A stretch of 64,000 nt of DNA from Phycisphaerae bacterium (GTDB taxonomy: Bacteria; Planctomycetota; Phycisphaerae; UBA1845). Below, in pieces: positions 9,997-19,956 of this stretch. The stretch is taken from assembly GCA_029260215.1 (NCBI GenBank), contig JAJDDQ010000076.1, positions 32,148 to 96,147 of the forward strand. Reading direction: 5' to 3'. A model generated the notes under the pieces. The model made no database searches, had not been told where the DNA came from, and was given only the letters and a program-made list of their open reading frames with translations. The first letter of the stretch is position 1, and each line of letters starts with the position of its first letter. A program made the position numbers and the translations under genes.

Positions 9997-11085
9997 CTAC
10001 GATTCATCGTCAGACGCCTGCGCATTCTCCGCAAACACACGTCGCGCAAGACGATCGTCGATTGTGTCCGCCGGCCCGCTTGGCGCAGCCTCCAGAACCA
10101 TACGGATGATATCGTCGCGCCCAATGCCGTCGGCCTCCGCGTTGAAGTTCGTAATGACACGGTGCCGCAGAACGGGCAGCGCCATCTCGCGAACATCCTC
10201 CGTAGATACATAGTATCGCCCGTGCAGCAGTGCCCGCGCCTTGCCGGCCACCACCAGATGCTGCGAAGCACGAGGCCCGGCACCCCAGGCCACGAAATCC
10301 TCAACGAATTGCGGGCAGCCCTCCCGCCCGCGCCGCGTCATGCGCGTCAGCGTCGTCGCGTATTGAATCACATGATCGCTGCATGGCACGCGACGAACAA
10401 TCTCCTGCAAACGCAAAATTTCCTCCGCGCCGAGATGCGGCTGCACCGCCTCCGAATCGCCCGAGGTGGTCAGCTTGACGATTTCGCGCTCTTCTTCTTC
10501 CGTCGGATAGTCCACAAGAATCTTGAACATGAACCGATCGAGCTGCGCCTCGGGAAGCGGGTACGTGCCTTCCTGCTCGATCGGATTCTGGGTGGCCAAC
10601 ACAAAAAACGGCGACGGCAACGTGTGCGTCACCCCGCCGACCGTCACCTGCTGCTCCTGCATAGCCTCCAGCAACGCGGATTGCGTCTTCGGCGGCGTGC
10701 GGTTCACCTCATCAGCCAACACGACGTTGGCGAACAAAGGCCCTTTCACAAATCGCAACGATCGCTTGCCGCTGGACTTGTCCTCTTCGATGAGTTCCGT
10801 CCCGGTAATGTCCGACGGCATCAGGTCCGGCGTGAACTGTACGCGCGAGAACGACAACTCCAGCGTCTGAGCCACCGTGCGTATCAACAGCGTCTTCGCC
10901 AAGCCGGGCACGCCTTCCAAAATGCAGTGCCCGCGACAGAACAGCGCGATCAGCAATTCGTCGACGACGCGCTCCTGCCCGACGACGACCTTGCCCAACT
11001 CGCCGCGAATACGCTCGTACGCTTCACGCAGGCGCTCGACGGCGGCTACATCCCCTCCCGAGCCTTCCGGCATCGATTCAGCCAT
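9997..11085 (-). CDS. moxR: MoxR family AAA+ ATPase
   Basis: Walker A EGVPGLAKT, 'RVQFTPDLMPSDITG', Walker B LADEVNR, 'ATQNPIEQEGTYPLPEAQLDRF'. Confidence 0.95.
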   Translation of the reverse strand: MAESMPEGSGGDVAAVERLREAYERIRGELGKVVVGQERVVDELLIALFCRGHCILEGVPGLAKTLLIRTVAQTLELSFSRVQFTPDLMPSDITGTELIEEDKSSGKRSLRFVKGPLFANVVLADEVNRTPPKTQSALLEAMQEQQVTVGGVTHTLPSPFFVLATQNPIEQEGTYPLPEAQLDRFMFKILVDYPTEEEEREIVKLTTSGDSEAVQPHLGAEEILRLQEIVRRVPCSDHVIQYATTLTRMTRRGREGCPQFVEDFVAWGAGPRASQHLVVAGKARALLHGRYYVSTEDVREMALPVLRHRVITNFNAEADGIGRDDIIRMVLEAAPSGPADTIDDRLARRVFAENAQASDDES

Positions 11086-11472
11086 ATCTGATTCTCACTC
11101 CCGCTCGCACACCGCCCGGCGAACGAATTCCAAAAAAACAGCGACACTGATTCTATCGGGCGACAATGCCCCGGACCAACGCCGCTTTTCAGCGAATCCG
11201 CCGATTGCAGCCGGGCCGCTGTCCACCGGCACCTTGCGCAGCGCCTCGAAGTGCTCACAATTGCAACAAAAAGATCATCGCCTCACCTAACGTCATAGGG
11301 CGCAAGAGGTCGTCGCGAAGAAAAATTCTCGCGTCCGCCGCCGTTCTTCGCTAAAATTGCCGTGCATTGAAAGAAATCGTAACGGACCGCGTACCCCCGT
11401 TGTCTCGCGGTCTCGTCTACCAACGACGGGCGGGCAATTGATAAGAGTCTACTTTTCTCTCCGGGAGGAGCC

Positions 11473-13104
11473 TTGATCATGATCGTTCGTTTCACCATGT
11501 GCCTGTTTTGTTGCGCAGCCATCGCCGGTGCCGATACCTTCACACTCGATATCGTGCTCCCGTCTGGGAACAATGCGCAACTCGGCGTGCCGCTTCCGAT
11601 CGAAATCCGAGGCCTGCTGACCAATGACGCACCGGGCAACGACGGCTTGGCGTGCGTGACGCTCGACGTGACCATGAGCGGGCCCGAAGCGGTCAACCTC
11701 TCGCAGGCCATCATGTGGGGGCCGCCGGCGGATCAATCCATGGACAATTTCGCCCAACCGCTCGGTTACGACGCCAACTACAGTGGTACCGGAATCGGCG
11801 ATGATCTTGTACAAGCCGGCGGCGCACAAAACACATTCGGAAACAACCCCGGCCAATTTCCGAATCTCGCATTTCCCTCAGCCGAGTTCATCGACCTCAA
11901 CATAGGCCACTCAGAACAGGTGATTCTCGAAGGCACGATCACCTTTCCGCTGAGCTTGAACCCGATGGCGGGCGGCGACACCTACACGCTCAGCGTTCAG
12001 AGCATTCTTGCGAATGTCCTGGGCAGCGGCCAAATGGCTGGTTCGTTCGGTGTCTACGCGGTCGAATCCGCCACCGGCGTCGCGGGCGCTCCTGTCGATA
12101 TCGTCCTCGGTGGCGCGGGTGCGGGCTGTGCCGCGACGGCGGAGTGCGCTGACGTCGTGGACAACGACGGCACGTGCATGACACCGCCGTGCGGACCTGA
12201 CGCTACGACGGATGATGCCTGCCTGTGGTGGTCGTGCGGTGGCGGGACGTGTTCAAACGATCCGACGCAACCCTGTGACGCGGACAGCGATTGCGGCGCG
12301 GGCAACTCCTGCACACTGGGTGCTGCCAACGCCTGCACGTCGTTCGCATTGGTCGAGCCGTCAGATATGGGTGGGCCGTTCAACAACTGCGAGCCGGACG
12401 GATTCTGCAACAACGCGGACGCCAATCAGGCTCTGCTGTGCTTCGCGACGGCATCACCGTGCGAGAGTATCAACATTGACGCCGGCGGCCCGTTTGGCGA
12501 TTGCGCTCCCGACGGATTCTGCAACTTGTTCGATGCGAACCACGCACTGGCCTGTTTCGCAACCGACAATCCGTGCAATTGCACCGGCGGCCCGTCTCCG
12601 ACGATCGCGCCGAGCATCGCCAGCTCGACATCGCTGACTGCGAAAGCCGATAGTAAGCGCGTTTCGCCAGGGTCGCGCGTTTCGTTCGACGTCTTCACAG
12701 ACGCCGCCATCGGAAAATTGTCCGGGTACCAACTGCACGCCCAAATCAGTGGTGGCGATCAAGGCCAACTGGAACTCGTCGATATCGTCATTGACGACCG
12801 TCGCGATCATGTGTTCGCCGGCGCGCACGGTATCTTCGAATCGTTCAATGTCGCCAACGGCCAAATGCTCGCCGGGCTGTTCGACGAATCTGTTTCAACG
12901 AAGGCGAGCGGATATCTCGCAACCTTTGTCTACAGCGTATCGCCCCGAGCTTCCGGCACATTCGTGTTCGACGTGCTGCACGATTCCGCCATTGGGGATC
13001 AGACGTTCTTCGTCGGAGCCACGGATCGAGACAAGATCAGGATCGCCGGAACAAACCCTGCCGTCGTGGTGATCGCAAACACTCAGAAACTGTCGCGTCG
13101 TTAG
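11473..13104 (+). CDS. Secreted Cys-rich protein with duplicated dockerin-like Ca-binding loops and flanking beta-sandwich domains
   Basis: GGAGG RBS and signal peptide. Two repeats DMGGPFNNCEPDGFCNNADANQALLCFA / DAGGPFGDCAPDGFCNLFDANHALACFA; Cys-rich linker. Confidence 0.75.
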   Translation: MIMIVRFTMCLFCCAAIAGADTFTLDIVLPSGNNAQLGVPLPIEIRGLLTNDAPGNDGLACVTLDVTMSGPEAVNLSQAIMWGPPADQSMDNFAQPLGYDANYSGTGIGDDLVQAGGAQNTFGNNPGQFPNLAFPSAEFIDLNIGHSEQVILEGTITFPLSLNPMAGGDTYTLSVQSILANVLGSGQMAGSFGVYAVESATGVAGAPVDIVLGGAGAGCAATAECADVVDNDGTCMTPPCGPDATTDDACLWWSCGGGTCSNDPTQPCDADSDCGAGNSCTLGAANACTSFALVEPSDMGGPFNNCEPDGFCNNADANQALLCFATASPCESINIDAGGPFGDCAPDGFCNLFDANHALACFATDNPCNCTGGPSPTIAPSIASSTSLTAKADSKRVSPGSRVSFDVFTDAAIGKLSGYQLHAQISGGDQGQLELVDIVIDDRRDHVFAGAHGIFESFNVANGQMLAGLFDESVSTKASGYLATFVYSVSPRASGTFVFDVLHDSAIGDQTFFVGATDRDKIRIAGTNPAVVVIANTQKLSRR

Positions 13105-13125
13105 CAGGTTGCCGTCAGGCCAAGA

Positions 13126-13153
13126 CGGGGCATGCGACCGCTCGCCCCGCTAC
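13126..13153 (-). repeat. GTAG-type REP-like palindrome / possible terminator
   Basis: Minus strand reads GTAG-CGGGGC-GAGCGGTCGCAT-GCCCCG, located between convergent genes. Confidence 0.45.
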
Positions 13154-13226
13154 TCCGCCGTCGCCGTAATGCGATCCTGTGATTCGCTGACAGCATTCCG
13201 GGGGGCCATGCGATTGCGACTCGCGA

Positions 13227-13246
13227 GAAGTTCGCGGCTCGTTGGG
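13227..13246 (+). repeat. Isolated remnant of the REP carried by the MITEs
   Basis: GAAGTTCGCGGCTCGTTGGG matches GAAGTCCGCGGCTCGTTGGG of MITE copies 1 and 2 at 19 of 20 positions. Confidence 0.6.
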
Positions 13247-13263
13247 CTCAGATTGACGCTGCT

Positions 13264-14088
13264 TTAGCGTACGTTGGTTCGGCTGAACAGGACGCGACCT
13301 CGGTCGTCCTTTAGGTCAACGTCGGTGACAAGATCATAGACAAACTGGAATCCGAGCGATCGGGGGACGATCTGGTTGATGTAGCTGTCGACGAATTGTC
13401 CAACCTTTGCGATGGTGCTCTTGGGTACGAATACGACGTCGTACGGTTCCAGTATGAGGCCTGAAGCTTCGCCGCTTCGGATTTGTTTGAGATTGACGGC
13501 CAGCACACGGGGCGCTTCGCCGGGTGTTGCACGCAGCACGAGTACGTTGCTTTCCTCGGCGGTGGAACGCACGTTGCCGCTTTGAATCACGGCTTGGAGC
13601 AGGGTGGTAGGTCTGGAAAGCGAAATCATCTGCGGCACGTTGACCTCGCCGCCGATGTAGGCGACGTGGCCAAAGGACCGATGCACAATCACGGCGATTT
13701 CCGGCTCCTTCAATTCGCCGGAATAGGATACGACCAGTTCGCCGGCCAACGCCGTCGGCGTTTTTCCCGCAACCTCCACATCGTGCAACAACGGAAGCGA
13801 GATCCTGCCGTCCGGCCTGACTTCCATACGCTGATTGAAATTGGGGTGAAAAGCGAAGCTGATGACGAGTTCATCGCCGGGCGCGATGGCGTACTCCCGC
13901 TCCTGCTCGGGTGGCTTTTCCAGTACAGCCACCTCGCGCACGGCGGATTGGAACTTCGCGCCCTCTTTTTTGGTATTGGCGCATCCCGCGATGACCCAAA
14001 CCAGAGCCAAAGCCAATGTCAAACGTGCTGCATGACGCACTAGCATTCGTCCCTCGCTCTGAATCAAGCGGAAAATTCCGTCAAACAT
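13264..14088 (-). CDS. wza: Polysaccharide export lipoprotein (Wza/OPX-like, poly_export + SLBB)
   Basis: Lipobox IAGC; 'YAIAPGDEL', 'VRPDGRISLPLL', 'GGEVNVP', 'LEPYDVVFVP'; last gene of the EPS operon. Confidence 0.9.
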   Translation of the reverse strand: MFDGIFRLIQSEGRMLVRHAARLTLALALVWVIAGCANTKKEGAKFQSAVREVAVLEKPPEQEREYAIAPGDELVISFAFHPNFNQRMEVRPDGRISLPLLHDVEVAGKTPTALAGELVVSYSGELKEPEIAVIVHRSFGHVAYIGGEVNVPQMISLSRPTTLLQAVIQSGNVRSTAEESNVLVLRATPGEAPRVLAVNLKQIRSGEASGLILEPYDVVFVPKSTIAKVGQFVDSYINQIVPRSLGFQFVYDLVTDVDLKDDRGRVLFSRTNVR

Positions 14089-15385
14089 CCTTGAATTTCA
14101 ACATCCGGCGAAGGATCGTACGGCGATTGGCACCGAGCCCCTTCGTTCCGCCAAGCTGGACCAGGCTGTGAAAGACCGCATTCTTGGTCACGTAGTTGCA
14201 GTTGTCGCATTCGCAACCACCAATCGATTGTATTCCGTTTTTCGGGATATCGCGACACGCCTTGCGATAGGCTTCGTAGGTCGGCCCGTTCCAAATCTCT
14301 CGGAACGACTGCTTGCTGAGTTCCCCGAGCACGTCCTTGCATTGGCAGCAGCCGCGTACGTATCCCTCGCAGGTAATCAGGCAAAAATACCAGGGCACGT
14401 AGCAGGGCGTGTGTTCGTAAACCAGGGCGCTCGCCTCGCGATAGTCCAACTGCTCCAGCGGAAGCACGTCCTTGATATCGAGATTCGTGTTGATGCCGAG
14501 GCGGAGCGCTTCCTCCTTGGCCTCCGCCATGCAGGCTTCGAGGGCTTTTTCGTCGCGCGGGGCGTGCGGCGTGCTCACCTCATGCTTGAGCAGCCGCTTG
14601 AAAAGAACCGCGTTCATGCCCGCTTCGGCGGCATGCTGGACGGCTAGTTTTGCGTCGCGGTAGTTCTGCTCCATGACGACGAATCCGTAGAGCAGATAGG
14701 GCACAGGTGTGCCTGCCCGTTCTCGCGCATCGGCGATGGCCCGTGCGGAGGTGAGGATCTTCTCGAAATCCCCCTGAGCGCTGCCGTCGATTTCGACGTG
14801 TGAATCCGGGGTTGCGGCGTTGAGACTCAGGCGGAGCGTTCTCACGCCGAGTTGAACCAGCGTCTTGGCCCACTCCTCATTCAGCAGCGCTCCGTGCGTA
14901 TAGAGGTTGACTTCGATGTTGCGGCGGCGGAACAACTCGATGAACTCCGCAGCGTGCGGATGCAAAAGGGGTTCGCCGCGTCCGATCAGCTCAACGCTTA
15001 AAGTACCCATGCGCGCCAAATCGGCGGCCAACTCCTCAGCCACCTCCAGCGGCATGATCTTTCGACCGTCACCGATGGTTGTGGCGGTGAGTTCCGCGTC
15101 GGCGTGGTCGCGACAGAATTTGCAGGAGTAGTTGCAGGCGCTGACCGGCTCGACCTGCGCGTACAACGGGCCTCCGAAAGCCTTTGAGCGTGTTTTGGCG
15201 CCGCACCAGACTCTGGCGAACGAGCCGAGCCGGCGTGCGTGCCGTCCGAGCTTGCCAAACCCGCCGGACGAGTTGTATTTGACCACAAGCGGGCTGCCGT
15301 TTTCCGTGTGCGCCGCACGCTTTGGTCTCGCGTCCTTATCCAACCGAAGCGACTCAGAGCTGTGATCTAAGATGCCATCCGACAT
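14081..15385 (-). CDS. Radical SAM protein with SPASM/twitch domain
   Basis: CxxxCxxC (CNYSCKFC), 'GRGEPLLHP', C-terminal 'CYVPW...GCCQC...GEL...FREIWNG...CDNC'. Start at ATG 15385 after an AGGGGG RBS. Confidence 0.9.
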   Translation of the reverse strand: MSDGILDHSSESLRLDKDARPKRAAHTENGSPLVVKYNSSGGFGKLGRHARRLGSFARVWCGAKTRSKAFGGPLYAQVEPVSACNYSCKFCRDHADAELTATTIGDGRKIMPLEVAEELAADLARMGTLSVELIGRGEPLLHPHAAEFIELFRRRNIEVNLYTHGALLNEEWAKTLVQLGVRTLRLSLNAATPDSHVEIDGSAQGDFEKILTSARAIADARERAGTPVPYLLYGFVVMEQNYRDAKLAVQHAAEAGMNAVLFKRLLKHEVSTPHAPRDEKALEACMAEAKEEALRLGINTNLDIKDVLPLEQLDYREASALVYEHTPCYVPWYFCLITCEGYVRGCCQCKDVLGELSKQSFREIWNGPTYEAYRKACRDIPKNGIQSIGGCECDNCNYVTKNAVFHSLVQLGGTKGLGANRRTILRRMLKFKDV

Positions 15386-15598
15386 TATCCATACCCCCCT
15401 TGGACCGCCGCCGTTGAATCCAGCGCCAGTACCCCATCGACAGGTTTTTCGCGGTAGCGGCCCGACCCAAGATTGCACCGCACACCACCCAGTATCCCCC
15501 CAGAGTACAGCATACGCCTGCGAAATGGTAGCGGCGGCGTGCGAATCAGGTCACCGTCGCCCCGGCGGACGCATCATGAGCGGTTAGACGTTTCCGCA

Positions 15599-17950
15599 TT
15601 ATTCATCCACATTCCGTGTAACGCGTCCCGAGCGATCCCGCGTAACTTGCCACGAATCGCCATCCTCGAGCGCAATACGGTACGTGCCGGGCATCGTCGG
15701 CAGACGAAGCCCTCCGCTGGAATCAACGGTTACACGGGTGCTTCGCTTGAGTTTGGAAATCACCGATTCCAGCTGCGAGAGGACCGGTTTCGATCGTCGC
15801 GACGACGTGTATAGCCCTCCGTCGCGGTTCCAAGGCTCGCTGTCGGTGATGCTCCACCACACCCAGCCGATAATCTGCGGTTTGCTCATGGCGAGAAGAA
15901 GCGTCTCGACGGCGGCGTCGGCTTGTGACTGCTCGCTCCACGGCCCCCAGGCGAAGCCGTTTTTGTCGCCGCGTTTGGTGCTGCCGGGGAAGTTGCATTC
16001 GCTGATGATTATCGGAAGTCCCAAATCTGTAAGGCTGTCCCAATAACGGTTGGTGTCGAGCAAATCGCGACACGGCTCAGCTACGTCGAGTTTGAATTTC
16101 GGCTGATCCACGCGCAGGCCCGGGTACCATTCGAGACCGAACACGTCGGGCTTGTGTTTGGTCTGCAACAGGCGTGAAAAGAATTGCCGCGTGCTGAGCA
16201 CAATTCGGGCGGATGGCGGCCTGCTTGCTTCCAAGCCTCGCTCCCAATCATAATCGTTCACCATCATTTTCGCCCCGGGCAGGCGAGATCGAAGCTCGCC
16301 GACGAGATCGGAAACCATGTCGGCACGGTCGTGGAACATCATGTCGCCGTACGCGTTGCTGGACGGTTCGTTGATCGCCTCCCAAAGACAGATGGCGGAT
16401 CCCATGCGCCGGCCATAGTCGGCTGCGACAGTTTCCAACTGTTTTTTTGCAGCGTTTGTGAGGGATGCGCCTTTCAAACTTTTGACATTTTTGGGAAGGC
16501 TGGATTGAACGATGCTGTGCGCCTGAAGCCGATAGCCCAGCTCGACCAAGTTGGAGAAACACAGTGTCTTATCCCAATTTCGGGGATTGTATTGGCCATC
16601 GTCGCCGACGAGCTGGTCCCAAAACAGCGGGAGGACATAGAGATTGAAGCCGGCTTTGCGGAGTTGGGCGTAGTAGGATTCGACTTCTTTGGCTGGGGTG
16701 CGATCGAACACGAATCCGAAGGATTGGCCCATGCCGATGTGGAATTCCGGCTCGATAAGCTGAACGGTTGCGACGGTGCCCGGCTTCAGCATGCCCGGCT
16801 TGGGCGCGGGAATCCTAACCGATGGCCCTGGTTGGGTTTGCGCCTCGACCACGCGCTGCGATCGGCTTCGGACAGCTTCACGACTCAGGCGAAGCAATTT
16901 GTCCAGGATTCGGTCCGCAGCGGCTGCCTGTTGCTTCAGGGAAGTCAGGTTTTCGACGTCGGCCAGCTCGCGCGCTAATACGCGGATTTGCTTGGTATAG
17001 GGTGATGCGGAATCCCGGCTGTCGTAGTCTTGCAGGTGACGCAGGCGCGTGTGGGCCAACTCAAGGTTGAGCAAAACAACGCCGTCGCGACGAGCTTGCT
17101 GAACCCCCCTGCCGCGACCGTCGGCCTGGAGCCAGAGATTAAATTCAGAGCCAACGGGCCAAAACAAGACCTCAGCGACGGCGGGTTTCTTCATATCGAA
17201 TTTGAGCGTTGGAACGTTTGTGGCCCGCCCGTCGATGTCCACCGATCGCTCGACCACGCTCATTGAGACGGCGTCCCCTTGCATATCGGTCAGAAAACAC
17301 CACGCGCCCGCGGACGTCCCGCGCTGGACCATCTGCTGCAAGCTCAAAACGCGGCCATCGCCGTCAAACGCGACCAGCGGAACGACGTCCTCCCTGGCTG
17401 GCCGTGTGGACGCGGTTTTTCCGTGCGTTGACATGCCCTTGATCGCAATGAATCGTTTTCCGCGTGCACCGCCGTCCTTGCCTGAAAGATCGACGATGAA
17501 CACGCGGTCCAGCATCGCAGGATTAAGTCGGCCTGTGGTGCCGGCACCGAACGGGTTCAGGTCTGCGATTTTTAAGTGAACGCGCTGCCAAGTGCGTGAA
17601 ACGTTGAAATGCGTGAGGAATATCTTCTTGTCCGTCTGGTCGAATCGGATGAACAACGGCCCGTCGCGATCGCTCTTCACGTCGAAGGAAAGTTGCTTCA
17701 TCGCTTTCCACGAACGGTTGGCTGCACAGGTGATGGTCGAAGGCTCTTGGCTGTAGTCGAATCGCCAGTTGAGTACGCGCGCGTTGCCGTCGCGGTCCGC
17801 CGCCAACTTTCCGGAGAGCGCGACCCATCCGTCAGCGGGGTCGTCTCGATTATCGGACAAAGCGGGTTTGCAGCCGGTCAGGAGTACACACAGAAACCCC
17901 GTGCATACTTTAGCGCTCATGTTTTTTCGGGATCGTATCGCTTCGCGCAT
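15599..17950 (-). CDS. Lipoprotein glycoside hydrolase, clan GH-A (GH10-like), with N-terminal CBM11/CIA30-like module
   Basis: Lipobox LLTGC; intact 'WEAINEP' acid/base, 'VNDY', 'IIISECN' nucleophile, 'WWSITD', 'GLY...KP'. Confidence 0.75.
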   Translation of the reverse strand: MREAIRSRKNMSAKVCTGFLCVLLTGCKPALSDNRDDPADGWVALSGKLAADRDGNARVLNWRFDYSQEPSTITCAANRSWKAMKQLSFDVKSDRDGPLFIRFDQTDKKIFLTHFNVSRTWQRVHLKIADLNPFGAGTTGRLNPAMLDRVFIVDLSGKDGGARGKRFIAIKGMSTHGKTASTRPAREDVVPLVAFDGDGRVLSLQQMVQRGTSAGAWCFLTDMQGDAVSMSVVERSVDIDGRATNVPTLKFDMKKPAVAEVLFWPVGSEFNLWLQADGRGRGVQQARRDGVVLLNLELAHTRLRHLQDYDSRDSASPYTKQIRVLARELADVENLTSLKQQAAAADRILDKLLRLSREAVRSRSQRVVEAQTQPGPSVRIPAPKPGMLKPGTVATVQLIEPEFHIGMGQSFGFVFDRTPAKEVESYYAQLRKAGFNLYVLPLFWDQLVGDDGQYNPRNWDKTLCFSNLVELGYRLQAHSIVQSSLPKNVKSLKGASLTNAAKKQLETVAADYGRRMGSAICLWEAINEPSSNAYGDMMFHDRADMVSDLVGELRSRLPGAKMMVNDYDWERGLEASRPPSARIVLSTRQFFSRLLQTKHKPDVFGLEWYPGLRVDQPKFKLDVAEPCRDLLDTNRYWDSLTDLGLPIIISECNFPGSTKRGDKNGFAWGPWSEQSQADAAVETLLLAMSKPQIIGWVWWSITDSEPWNRDGGLYTSSRRSKPVLSQLESVISKLKRSTRVTVDSSGGLRLPTMPGTYRIALEDGDSWQVTRDRSGRVTRNVDE

Positions 17951-17998
17951 TCGGGGACTCCGCTGAATTTTTCACGATCCTCCGGGTAATTCTGTACG

Positions 17999-19042
17999 TT
18001 ACGCGCCGCCGGGTTTGACGCCCTTGATCAACGTCGTGACGCCCATGAATCGGCCTGGGAGCATCCACTCCAGCATGTTGATGATGCCCATCCCCAGTTT
18101 TTCGGGGAACATCAGGAGAATCCGCTTGGACATGGGCACTTTGATTCCGAACTCGATCCGCTCGACGCGGAACCCCGCAACTCTCAGGTAGTTGGCCAAC
18201 TCCTTGTGGTCCAACGGGTTGTCGAAAAAATCCTCGCTGGGGCCTGGGTCTCTGCGCAGGAGTGCCCGCAGGGCGATTCGGATGCGGTGAAAACGCTCGT
18301 ATGGGCCTCGGTTGGGCGTGCTGATCAAGACCTGTCCGTTGGGTGTGAGCACGCGGAACATCTCGTTGGCACAGGTTTGGGGATTGGGCACGTGTTCCAT
18401 GCACTCGGCGCTGAGAATCCCGTTGATGCTGCCGTCTTTCAGCGGCAGATTTTCGCCGTCGCCCAGGGCGGGCATGATGTCGGCGTTGGATTCGTCCTTC
18501 TGCCGCGCACGCACGAACTGCACATGCTCCGGAAGAACATCCACGCAGACGCCCTGAATCCCCATATCCGGATTCTTATTCAGGAGATCGAAGGTCAGGT
18601 AGCCCACGCCGCTGCCGAGATCGAGTACCGTGTCGCCGCGTGCGACGGCGAGAAGCTCGAGCATGCGTCCTTTGGTGTATTTGGATTCGTACTCGCTCAC
18701 CAGTTGTGCGACGCGCGGCGGATACCCCAGCCTCTTTTCGAGCCACTCGGCATGCGAGGTGTATAGGCCGCTGTCGGGCATCAGGTTCACGAATTCCGAC
18801 GCGATCCAGGTTTCGCCGTGATCGGACTTTTGGCCATCGGCGCCGATATGGAAGCAGTAGACGCCGCCCTTGATCGGATAGCGCTCGCCGCACCCTCGAC
18901 ACTTCAACTCACCCTCGACCACGCCGGCTTTGTCTTCGGACTGCACATTGAGGTCGATGGAGTCTGCGTGACACTTGCAACAGCGCAGTTTCTCTGTCCA
19001 GCGACTGTGAATCGAATTTGCTTTCTGTTCGTTTTGACTCAT
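17999..19042 (-). CDS. Class I SAM-dependent methyltransferase with N-terminal Trm112-like Zn ribbon
   Basis: CCKC...CRGC 'YPIKGGV'; 'VLDLGSGVG', 'MEHVPNP', 'ISTPN'. ATGA overlap with the upstream gene. Confidence 0.9.
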   Translation of the reverse strand: MSQNEQKANSIHSRWTEKLRCCKCHADSIDLNVQSEDKAGVVEGELKCRGCGERYPIKGGVYCFHIGADGQKSDHGETWIASEFVNLMPDSGLYTSHAEWLEKRLGYPPRVAQLVSEYESKYTKGRMLELLAVARGDTVLDLGSGVGYLTFDLLNKNPDMGIQGVCVDVLPEHVQFVRARQKDESNADIMPALGDGENLPLKDGSINGILSAECMEHVPNPQTCANEMFRVLTPNGQVLISTPNRGPYERFHRIRIALRALLRRDPGPSEDFFDNPLDHKELANYLRVAGFRVERIEFGIKVPMSKRILLMFPEKLGMGIINMLEWMLPGRFMGVTTLIKGVKPGGA

Positions 19043-19956
19043 TTTGTTACCAAGACACATAACCAGGGGTTGGCGAAACTCCCGCGCAAGACGGGCCAGC
19101 TTCCAATCGTGTTGAAATACAAGTTTGCGGCTTTACAGCCGAGACGCTGCGTGAGCGTGCGGTTGAGTCGCAGAAAACCCCAGTACCCGCGAATGGGCAG
19201 GGCACGCAGCGATTCACACCCGCACTGCTCGACAAAAAGGTAACGGAAATCCTTCATGCTTTGCAGGAACGGATCCCAAGGCCAATGAAACCTGAAGGGG
19301 TTGGATTCGGTGTTTCGATGAAACAGATCGAACGGGAACAGGCGGTTGGGGCCTGTATAATTTATCATGCCTCCGGGTCGTGTGACGCGCACGCTGCCCG
19401 AAACGAAATCCAACCGGGCCTGCTCGTGACCCGGTGACGGACTCCGCGCGTCGCCGTCGCAACCGACATGCTCAAGAACGCCGGCGGAGAAGATGAAATC
19501 GAACGTGTCGTCGGGGAACGGCATGGCTTGCCCGTTGGCGATCACGAGGTTCTGCGGGTACTTCCTCCGTTTCCAGTGCATCGCCCGGTGCCCCGAATCG
19601 ACACCCCACGCGTCGTACCCCGCATCGCGAAGCAGATCGACACTTTTTGCGACGCCGCTGCCGACATCCAACACCCGAACACTGCCCGACGGCGCGTTCG
19701 GGAAAAGCTCGTTGAGCAGCGGAATCAGGTAGCCCGTCATGGTGACTTCGGCGGTTTTCTCCTCGTGCAAAGCCCGCTCGACGTTGTCCTGATCCGCGAA
19801 CCCTTCGCCTTCCAGGAAGTTCGTGTAGCCCAGCTTGGCTGTCTCGTAGGTCTTTTCGCAGCCGGGACACTGCCACCCGCGCTCGACTTTTGTCAGCGGG
19901 CCGCAGCAGATGGGGCAGGCGAACTCGACCGTGCTTGTTACGCACTCGTTGCTCAT
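19039..19956 (-). CDS. Class I SAM-dependent methyltransferase with N-terminal Zn ribbon
   Basis: CPIC...CPGC; 'VLDVGSG', 'MPFPDDTFD', 'VLEHV', 'RPGG'. Confidence 0.9.
   Translation of the reverse strand: MSNECVTSTVEFACPICCGPLTKVERGWQCPGCEKTYETAKLGYTNFLEGEGFADQDNVERALHEEKTAEVTMTGYLIPLLNELFPNAPSGSVRVLDVGSGVAKSVDLLRDAGYDAWGVDSGHRAMHWKRRKYPQNLVIANGQAMPFPDDTFDFIFSAGVLEHVGCDGDARSPSPGHEQARLDFVSGSVRVTRPGGMINYTGPNRLFPFDLFHRNTESNPFRFHWPWDPFLQSMKDFRYLFVEQCGCESLRALPIRGYWGFLRLNRTLTQRLGCKAANLYFNTIGSWPVLRGSFANPWLCVLVTK

Noticed and set aside
9343-11091. 582-aa plus-strand ORF and other long antisense ORFs (e.g. 4678-5952, 52856-54109, 58206-59528)
   Set aside because: Shadow frames opposite well-supported genes in GC-rich DNA; no motifs.
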